In this document: one piece after another, positions 25,761 to 32,000 of the stretch | Layout of the letters: each line of letters opens with the position of its first letter | Numbering within the stretch: position 1 is the stretch's first letter | DNA from: Candidatus Omnitrophota bacterium | Lineage (GTDB): Bacteria; Omnitrophota; Gorgyraeia; Zapsychrales; JANLHA01 | Assembly: GCA_963662715.1 (NCBI GenBank) | Contig: OY759724.1 | Location: 780,001-812,000, forward strand | Direction: 5' to 3' | DNA length: 32,000 nt | Notes under the pieces: model-generated | Database searches by the model: none | What the model was told of the DNA's origin: nothing | Seen by the model: only the letters and a program-made list of their open reading frames with translations | Translations under genes and position numbers: made by a program

Positions 25761-26387
25761 TTAATAACAGATGAATTTATCCAAATTTTCTATTGGGCCT
25801 GCCGGATCAAGATCAACCGTCACGTGTTCCTTAAGGTCATAAACGAAATAATCGTTCTGCCCTTTCTCATTCTGAACAATAACATAGGATTTATGATCCG
25901 GGCAGGACATGATGTTAAAATCCCGGCCTTTTCCCAAAACAAATTGCTCCCTGGAAACCAAGTTCTTGGCGGCAATAACCGTGTCTCCGGAGGCAGAGAG
26001 GTCAAAAAACAATATAAAATCCTCGTCCGGAGAAAACATCACCTTTTCCCGCCCCCCGGAATAAGAATACTTCACAAAAATCTGTTGTTTTTCATTATTT
26101 TTATTTACCAACCAGATTTTTTTCGTTTTAAAAGGCTTGGCAGACCGGCTTTTGTAGACCTTCAACGCTTCCGAGACAGTATCCGTCCCTTCTTTGATCT
26201 TCCATTTTTTCAGCTGTACATCAGAATATTTATCCGGTTCTGAATAAATTAAGGCTTTTGCCCCCTGTTCCGTTTGAACGATAATTTGATTATCCTGCAA
26301 AACAACGGTATTTTTAGTGACAGGGGTCTCTTGGGCAAAAATTGTCAAAGGGGAAAACAAAAAGACAAAAACAAATAGGATAACCAT
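25761..26387 (-). CDS. Secreted hypothetical protein, first gene of the CsgG-like operon
   Basis: MVILFVFVFLFSPLTIFAQ is a signal peptide. SD AGGAG lies before ATG 26387. Confidence 0.65.
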   Translation of the reverse strand: MVILFVFVFLFSPLTIFAQETPVTKNTVVLQDNQIIVQTEQGAKALIYSEPDKYSDVQLKKWKIKEGTDTVSEALKVYKSRSAKPFKTKKIWLVNKNNEKQQIFVKYSYSGGREKVMFSPDEDFILFFDLSASGDTVIAAKNLVSREQFVLGKGRDFNIMSCPDHKSYVIVQNEKGQNDYFVYDLKEHVTVDLDPAGPIENLDKFICY

Positions 26388-26641
26388 ATCTTTCTCCTGG
26401 ATAAGCCAGCCGGCTTCAAGGGCCCTGCCGCGTATCATTCCTTAATAACGGGGGAAAATCAGCCTTATTTTGATTATGATTAAACTAACATACAAGCTAT
26501 TTCCATTCAAGCATTTTTGTTGTACCATAAAGATTGGCGGTAGCGGATTTCTCTAATTACTTTTAATTGTATAAAAATAAATCTTATGATAGTATTTTTA
26601 AATCTTAAACAGCAACTACAATTACAAAAAGGAGAACTCAA

Positions 26642-27052
26642 ATGAGAATTTTCATAACAACTGTCCTGCTCCTGGGGTTAAGCGTCTGTGCCGTAGCCGC
26701 GGATTTGCCTTATCTGGATGAAAAGACAATAACTTCTTTTATTGAAGTGTTTCCCCAATACAAGGAGATTTTAGCAAGATACGGGGAAAACGTGAATGAG
26801 CTCAATGTTGTGCCGACCATGTCCAAGGCCAAGGATGAACTGGACGCCTTGTGCAAAAAATATAATATGAGCATGGAAGAATTTTCCCTGCTGACCCAGA
26901 AAATCACGACAGGCCTGACAGTGATTAAGCTGGAAGAACAGAATATGTCCCATATGCTGCAGGGTTTACAGCAATTGTCCACAGCCTCGGAGGAGGAGCT
27001 GAAAACTCTCAAATCCTATCTTCCGAAGATTGAAAAACTGTTTGAAAATTAG
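26642..27052 (+). CDS. Secreted helical hypothetical protein
   Basis: Signal peptide MRIFITTVLLLGLSVCAVA. SD AAAGGAGAA. Confidence 0.65.
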   Translation: MRIFITTVLLLGLSVCAVAADLPYLDEKTITSFIEVFPQYKEILARYGENVNELNVVPTMSKAKDELDALCKKYNMSMEEFSLLTQKITTGLTVIKLEEQNMSHMLQGLQQLSTASEEELKTLKSYLPKIEKLFEN

Positions 27053-27094
27053 TAATTATAAAATAAAAAAGGTTCCCTTTGACCGTTCAGGGCC

Positions 27095-29449
27095 ATGAAA
27101 CGTTTGCCCATTCGAAAATCATATAAAACTGTTGTCTTTGTCAGCATCGGACTTCTTGTATTTTACTCATGTCTGGGATTCATCATTATTCCTCATGCCT
27201 TAAAATGGATCCTCCCCCGGAAAACCGCGCCGTTTATTCAGGGGACGGTCCATGTCGGGGACATCCGATTCAATCCTTTCTTACTGATTTTAAATATTGA
27301 TCAATGTGAATACCGGGATCCGCAAGGGGGCCGGGTCTTGGGATTTGAAGGCTTCATGGTCGACTTCCAACTGTCTTCTTTTTGGTCGGACACCTGGACG
27401 TTCAATGCCGTTTCATTCAACAAACCTTATGTCGACATAACCTTGAATTCCGAAGGCCGGCTGAATTTATTAAATATCCTGCCCCCGGAAGATCAAAATC
27501 CGCCCGACAGGAATCCCGCCCCTCTCAGGCCTGAAGAGTCCCGCGATAGTCCGGATAAAGCCCCGAAAGCCCTGTTGATCTCTTCTCTGCAGATTCATGG
27601 CGGGACATTACATTTCCGGGACGAAACACAGCACAACCCCTTTGAGGTGACCATACAGCCCATCAACACGGTCTTAGAACATCTTTCAACACGAATGGAC
27701 CACGCCAGCGGACTGCATATCAAGCTCTTAAGTGAACCGCAGGGGTCATTGACCCTGCAAGGCTCCTGTACGCTTGAGTCCCTGGCCTGTCATTCCCATA
27801 TTAAAATCGCCTCCCTCTCCCTCCTGCCGGTGCAGCCCTATATCGAGAACGCATACCCGCTGCAATTCCAGAACGGGATACTTGATCTGAACGGCGAAAT
27901 AACCTACCGGGCCGCGCAAGAAAAAAACGCCGGGATCAGATTTGCAGGGAACATGCGCTTAGGGTCTCTTCAGATTTCCGACCCGCTGTCCGGGCAAGAG
28001 CTCTTCGGCTGGAAAGATTTGATCCTTAACCATATTTCCTTTTCCTTATACGATAAATCCTTGACGATACAGGACATTCTGCTGGACAAGCCAGCCGTTC
28101 ACGCTGTCCTGGAAAAAGAAGGGCAACTAAATTTTGAGCGTATCCTGGCACCTTCCGGCCCTAAGCAGAAAAAGCCGAAAAAGAATGCCCCGGCAGCGGC
28201 GGGACAGGCCCCGGAAGCAGCGCCGCAAAAAAATGAGGAGAAGGACTCCGGCCTGCCTTTCTATATTCTGATTCAAAACATAAAATTAGCCCAAGGCCAT
28301 ATCAGCTTCACAGACCGATCGACCCGGCCCGTATTCGAGGCCGCCTTATCTTCCTTCAACCTGAAAATCTCCCCTCTCTCGTCCGATAAATCCCAACGCA
28401 GTGATTTCAAACTGAACAGTGCGTTGAATCAAACAGGAGCCCTTCAGATAGACGGTTTTTTCTGTCCGCTTGATTTGGCTGCCGCCAAAGCCCTCAATGT
28501 CTCTTTACAGGATTATCAGACAACGGAGATATCCCCTTACTTTGGAAAATATCTTGGTTATGCCGTTGACCACGGACTCCTGAACCTCAATGTTACATAC
28601 GATATTCTGCCGGATCAATTCTCCGGGGCGCATCGCCTCATCCTGGACAAATTCACGCTCGGAGAAAAAGTCGACAGCCCGGAGGCGGTCAACGTCCCTA
28701 TCAAACTGGCCCTGTCTCTGCTGGAAGACAGCCGGCAGCAGATTGATCTTTCCGTCCCTGTGAAAGGAGATCCTTCCTCGCCCGAGTTCGACTTTAAACA
28801 AATCGTTTTCCGGGCCTTCAAAAATATCTTCACAAAAATCATCACCGCCCCCTTCAGTGTCCTTGCAGGGTTGGCGGGATCGGAAGACACCGCGGAACCT
28901 CTGGATTTTATTTCTTTCCAACCCGGACTCGCCTCCATTTCCGATGATCAGAAAGCAAAAATATTAAAAATTGCTGCTGCGCTCAAAAATCGCCCCAAAC
29001 TCGTTCTGGAAATGCAGGGAGTTTATGATCCGGAAACAGATGTGAATGCTTTAAAGAAAGCGGCCTTCCAGGCAGACTATACCCGACGCATGGAGGAATC
29101 AAGCAAACCCCGGGAATTTGTACTGGAACAGATGTATAAAAAACATGTCGGATGGAGAGCCATAACGGAACTGAGGGATAAATACAGGAAAGAGGCGAGA
29201 AAACGCAACAGCAGAATCATTGATAAGGAATCATTTTACCAGGAACTTCGAAAACAACTCATAGAACAATATCAGGTTGAGACAGAAATCCTGAAAACTC
29301 TCAGTGCGCAACGGGTAGAAAACATTAAAGATATTCTCGTGGATCAGGGGCAGTTAACGGAAGACCGTGTCCAGATTAAGAACAATGCTGCCGCCACTTC
29401 AGCACCCAATCAAATCATCAAACTCCAACTCTCCCTTAGTAGTCTTTAA
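27095..29449 (+). CDS. DUF748 / AsmA-like large envelope protein
   Basis: N-terminal anchor VVFVSIGLLVFYSCLGFIIIP. Repeated beta-rich modules (GTVHVGDIRFNPF..., GGTLHFRDET..., GHISFTDRST...). The C-terminal GDPSSPEFDFKQIVFRAFKNIFTKIITAPFSVLAGL is typical of DUF748, from memory. Confidence 0.7.
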   Translation: MKRLPIRKSYKTVVFVSIGLLVFYSCLGFIIIPHALKWILPRKTAPFIQGTVHVGDIRFNPFLLILNIDQCEYRDPQGGRVLGFEGFMVDFQLSSFWSDTWTFNAVSFNKPYVDITLNSEGRLNLLNILPPEDQNPPDRNPAPLRPEESRDSPDKAPKALLISSLQIHGGTLHFRDETQHNPFEVTIQPINTVLEHLSTRMDHASGLHIKLLSEPQGSLTLQGSCTLESLACHSHIKIASLSLLPVQPYIENAYPLQFQNGILDLNGEITYRAAQEKNAGIRFAGNMRLGSLQISDPLSGQELFGWKDLILNHISFSLYDKSLTIQDILLDKPAVHAVLEKEGQLNFERILAPSGPKQKKPKKNAPAAAGQAPEAAPQKNEEKDSGLPFYILIQNIKLAQGHISFTDRSTRPVFEAALSSFNLKISPLSSDKSQRSDFKLNSALNQTGALQIDGFFCPLDLAAAKALNVSLQDYQTTEISPYFGKYLGYAVDHGLLNLNVTYDILPDQFSGAHRLILDKFTLGEKVDSPEAVNVPIKLALSLLEDSRQQIDLSVPVKGDPSSPEFDFKQIVFRAFKNIFTKIITAPFSVLAGLAGSEDTAEPLDFISFQPGLASISDDQKAKILKIAAALKNRPKLVLEMQGVYDPETDVNALKKAAFQADYTRRMEESSKPREFVLEQMYKKHVGWRAITELRDKYRKEARKRNSRIIDKESFYQELRKQLIEQYQVETEILKTLSAQRVENIKDILVDQGQLTEDRVQIKNNAAATSAPNQIIKLQLSLSSL

Positions 29450-29538
29450 GAATAAAACCGGGGTTAAAACAATATCCGGAATGGCCGGCGGCAAAGTCCC
29501 GTTGATGCCGCAGCCGGCAAAACGCAGCCGGGATAACA

Positions 29539-30537
29539 TTATTCCGGAGAGGAGAATTCCAAGAGGGAATAAAGCTGCGGGGAATGTTGCAGGAAAACGG
29601 AATCCTGTATCCGGGACATCCACAATTGCGCGATTTCTCTATCGCTTTGAATCCGGCTGTCCCCCCATTTCATATGTTCAAACATGGGAAGCTGATCCCA
29701 GTGAGCATGAATATAAGAAACACACCGGACATCCTCTTCCTCGATCAGGTTGAAGAAATGCTTAAACCACTCGACTTTGGCCCGGCTCGTATAAAGCCCT
29801 GCCGGAGCAGACTCGGCTATCATCAGCGGTTTATGATGACGGCGGGCCAGTTCACAGAATGTCTTAATAACACCGCGCTGCCGGGTCACAAAAAAGGAGA
29901 ACCCGAACCAATCAACATACTCATCTCCCGGATACCAGTTCAGGAAGGCCTCCGGCTGATCAGAAAACGCCCCCGAATGCCAGACAAAACAAACATTGGG
30001 AATGCCTTTTTTCCGGAATGCCTTCACAATATAGCGGAAAGCCGCCTGATACAAATCCGGGTCATAACGGTTCTCCGGATTATCAAATTCATATCCGATC
30101 CTTAAATAAACGGGACAGGCCGCTTCCTCAATCCAGTCGCCCAGCTGGTCAATATTCCGGTCATACACCCCGTCCAGAATATCGGAAAGGGTCCCGACCA
30201 TATACAATCCTATCTGTAAAACTGTCCCGGGATATTTCTCCACCCAGTGCCGGGCATGCTGGACGCCGGCCCCTTTATCAGACGGACGATCCAGGCCATC
30301 CACTTCCTGGATAGACGTATAAACCATGAACCCCGCCGGTACGGTTTGAAAAGTTTCGACGTAGTCTTCCATGGCCCCTTTCTGCTGACCGATAATAAGC
30401 AAATGCCCTTCAGAAGGAACAAAAGCCCTGTTTTCGGCGCCAAGAGCTAAAGGGGAAAAACCGTTAAACAGACATATCCCCAGACAAAACAGTCCTGTTA
30501 TGAATATTCTTAAACGATCTGGTTTCATAATTTTCAT
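29539..30537 (-). CDS. Glycoside hydrolase family 26-like (beta-mannanase-type) exported enzyme
   Basis: Signal peptide MKIMKPDRLRIFITGLFCLGICLF. YLRIGYEFDNPEN (acid/base Glu context), WYPGDEYVDWFGFSFF and LMIAESAP (nucleophile Glu context) fit GH26. Confidence 0.7.
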   Translation of the reverse strand: MKIMKPDRLRIFITGLFCLGICLFNGFSPLALGAENRAFVPSEGHLLIIGQQKGAMEDYVETFQTVPAGFMVYTSIQEVDGLDRPSDKGAGVQHARHWVEKYPGTVLQIGLYMVGTLSDILDGVYDRNIDQLGDWIEEAACPVYLRIGYEFDNPENRYDPDLYQAAFRYIVKAFRKKGIPNVCFVWHSGAFSDQPEAFLNWYPGDEYVDWFGFSFFVTRQRGVIKTFCELARRHHKPLMIAESAPAGLYTSRAKVEWFKHFFNLIEEEDVRCVSYIHAHWDQLPMFEHMKWGDSRIQSDREIAQLWMSRIQDSVFLQHSPQLYSLLEFSSPE

Positions 30538-30547
30538 ATTATATCCG

Positions 30548-31321
30548 TTACCAGACACTTCTGCGGATCGTTTTCCGGCATTCAGGACAGCTAAAGACCG
30601 TATCCGGATCCGGCAGGTCAGTAAAAAACATATATCCGCAATGGGGACAGGAATAACGCGTGGAAGGGCTTTGCCCGGTAAAAAAAACAAACAGGCCGTG
30701 AGGGATAGAGGCTATGGCTAGGATAGAAATCAGGGTTGCGATGAGAACAAGGAATCCCCTCCACATAGAAGGGATTGTTATCGTTCCGTTCAGGATGCCG
30801 CCAATGGCTGACAGGTTTCTCGTCCCGCCCAAAACTTCCGGCGGTGTCGTCCATATGACCAGACTGTAAAGGCACAATCCTACCGCCAGACCTATCAGGG
30901 TTATTAAAGAATGTATTTTCAAAACATGAAAACGCCCTTGAATGATTTTCTTCGTATGAACACTGATAAGAAGCTTGCCCCCGGCCCTGGCTTTCAGAAT
31001 GAACCGGGATATCATGCTCCAGCCTATGACATCGGCCATGATCATACCCCAGGAACGAAAACCTAAAAGGGAAAAAATACGGTCCAGATCCAGAAGCATC
31101 AGAATCCTGGAAAAGGGGCGGAAAAGCCACAGCGATAACTTTAAAAGAAAATAAGAGATAAGATACGGGGATACGTGGTCAGGAAGATAATAAGCCGGGA
31201 CGCCCTCCGGCCGCAGAGTATCGACCAGGAAACCCATGCCCCGCAGCATGAGTTCTGTAACAAAATAAATAAGACACCCGAAGATAAGGCTTTTCTTTAA
31301 TAAAGTCCTGTCGAACGACAC
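30548..31321 (-). CDS. Multi-pass membrane protein with a C-terminal zinc ribbon
   Basis: About 6 hydrophobic segments. C-terminus YSCPHCGYMFFTDLPDPDTVFSCPECRKTI has two CxxC pairs. Its stop lies 10 nt before the GH26 start. Confidence 0.65.
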   Translation of the reverse strand: MSFDRTLLKKSLIFGCLIYFVTELMLRGMGFLVDTLRPEGVPAYYLPDHVSPYLISYFLLKLSLWLFRPFSRILMLLDLDRIFSLLGFRSWGMIMADVIGWSMISRFILKARAGGKLLISVHTKKIIQGRFHVLKIHSLITLIGLAVGLCLYSLVIWTTPPEVLGGTRNLSAIGGILNGTITIPSMWRGFLVLIATLISILAIASIPHGLFVFFTGQSPSTRYSCPHCGYMFFTDLPDPDTVFSCPECRKTIRRSVW

Positions 31322-31482
31322 TTTCCCTCCGGCAGCAGCAAGACTGATCTTAGAATCCGAATCAAGGATATGATATAGAACAATTTCTTATATCACACTT
31401 ACAAGAGACAACTCAAGAGAATACTTTGAAAAGAGTGTTCAGCGGATCGCTCAGCGCGCTTGCCACAAGCCGACCTCCTGCT

Positions 31483-32000
31483 CTAAAAGAAAAAGTCTTG
31501 ATAGGCCCCGTAGCCCTCCTGTTCCAAATCTTCTTTAGGGATAAATTTTAAAGCCGCCGAGTTAATACAGTATCTGCGTCCGGTGGGCTGAGGCCCGTCA
31601 TTAAAAACATGCCCGAGGTGCGAATCTGCGGCCTTACTCCTGACTTCTGTTCTGACGGAGAAGGAACTCCTGTCTTCCTCCTCTACGATATTCGCCGGAT
31701 CGAGAGGCCGGGTAAAGCTCGGCCATCCGGTTCCCGAATCAAATTTATCGCGGGAACTGAATAACGGCTCTCCGGAAACGACATCAACATAAATTCCCTC
31801 CCTCTTATTGTTCCAATACTCATTTTTAAAGGGCGGTTCCGTCCCCTCCTTTTGCGTCACCTGATACTGCAGAGGAGATAATGTTCTTTTCACAGGGGCA
31901 GCCTCCTCCCAGGCTTTTTGAAGGAACCGGTCACGTCCAGAGCCAACGCGACATAATTGATATCTTGCCTGGTGTTTTTTGTAGTAATCCTGGTGATAAT
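31483..32000 (-). CDS. msrAB: Bifunctional peptide-methionine sulfoxide reductase MsrA/MsrB, 5' end outside the window
   Basis: The MsrB part has [21 protein letters not shown] and RYCINSAAL. The frame stays open upstream of the track's GTG start (31893) and reads ...[39 protein letters not shown], a typical MsrA C-terminus and linker. Confidence 0.85.
   Translation of the reverse strand, partial: YHQDYYKKHQARYQLCRVGSGRDRFLQKAWEEAAPVKRTLSPLQYQVTQKEGTEPPFKNEYWNNKREGIYVDVVSGEPLFSSRDKFDSGTGWPSFTRPLDPANIVEEEDRSSFSVRTEVRSKAADSHLGHVFNDGPQPTGRRYCINSAALKFIPKEDLEQEGYGAYQDFFF

Noticed and set aside
30618-31130. 170-aa alternative-frame ORF inside the zinc-ribbon membrane protein gene
   Set aside because: It is fully nested in a longer ORF whose translation shows coherent TM helices, whereas the nested frame is Pro/Arg/Ser-rich noise.
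1-32000. Looked for CRISPR arrays, tRNA/rRNA genes, IS elements, integrases, toxin-antitoxin pairs and known defence-system genes
   Set aside because: I found no regularly spaced direct repeats, no tRNA T-arm or acceptor signatures, no terminal inverted repeats, and no transposase- or recombinase-like translations. Visual scanning has limited sensitivity, so tRNAscan, Infernal and ISfinder-type searches should confirm this.

Overview
This is a 32-kb chromosomal segment from a Gram-negative, probably anaerobic or microaerophilic environmental bacterium. The taxon cannot be fixed from sequence alone. Supporting clues are PEP-CTERM, CsgG-like and DUF748/AsmA-like envelope proteins, rubrerythrin, and two radical-SAM genes. 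I call about 30 protein-coding genes, roughly 80 percent on the minus strand. Both window edges cut genes: a large TTG-initiated exported protein on the left and a fused msrAB on the right; neither is listed in full in the ORF track because it runs off the window. I saw no rRNA, tRNA, CRISPR array, transposase, integrase or prophage signal. Recognisable anchors are ilvB (preceded by two tandem leader-peptide attenuators), a CspA-family cold-shock gene with a terminator-like hairpin in its leader, rubrerythrin with a PerR/Fur-like palindrome over its promoter, an FKBP/SlyD-type PPIase, a methyl-accepting chemotaxis protein, a tandem rhodanese, a GH26-like hydrolase and MsrAB. The stand-out locus is 3948-7980 on the minus strand. 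A 560-aa DUF2207-like membrane protein ends in a strictly periodic Cys/His tetrapeptide tail, [29 protein letters not shown]. Fourteen nt downstream lies a radical SAM enzyme with an N-terminal PqqD/RRE-like domain and a complete SPASM CX2CX5CX3C motif. That gene is translationally coupled to an uncharacterised multi-pass membrane protein. I read this as a candidate, apparently undescribed, RiPP-like system that matures the tail of a full-size protein. A B12-binding radical SAM gene and a TMTC/PMT-like GT-C plus TPR gene are transcribed divergently from the same intergenic region. All family names come from motif recognition by eye; no database search was possible.
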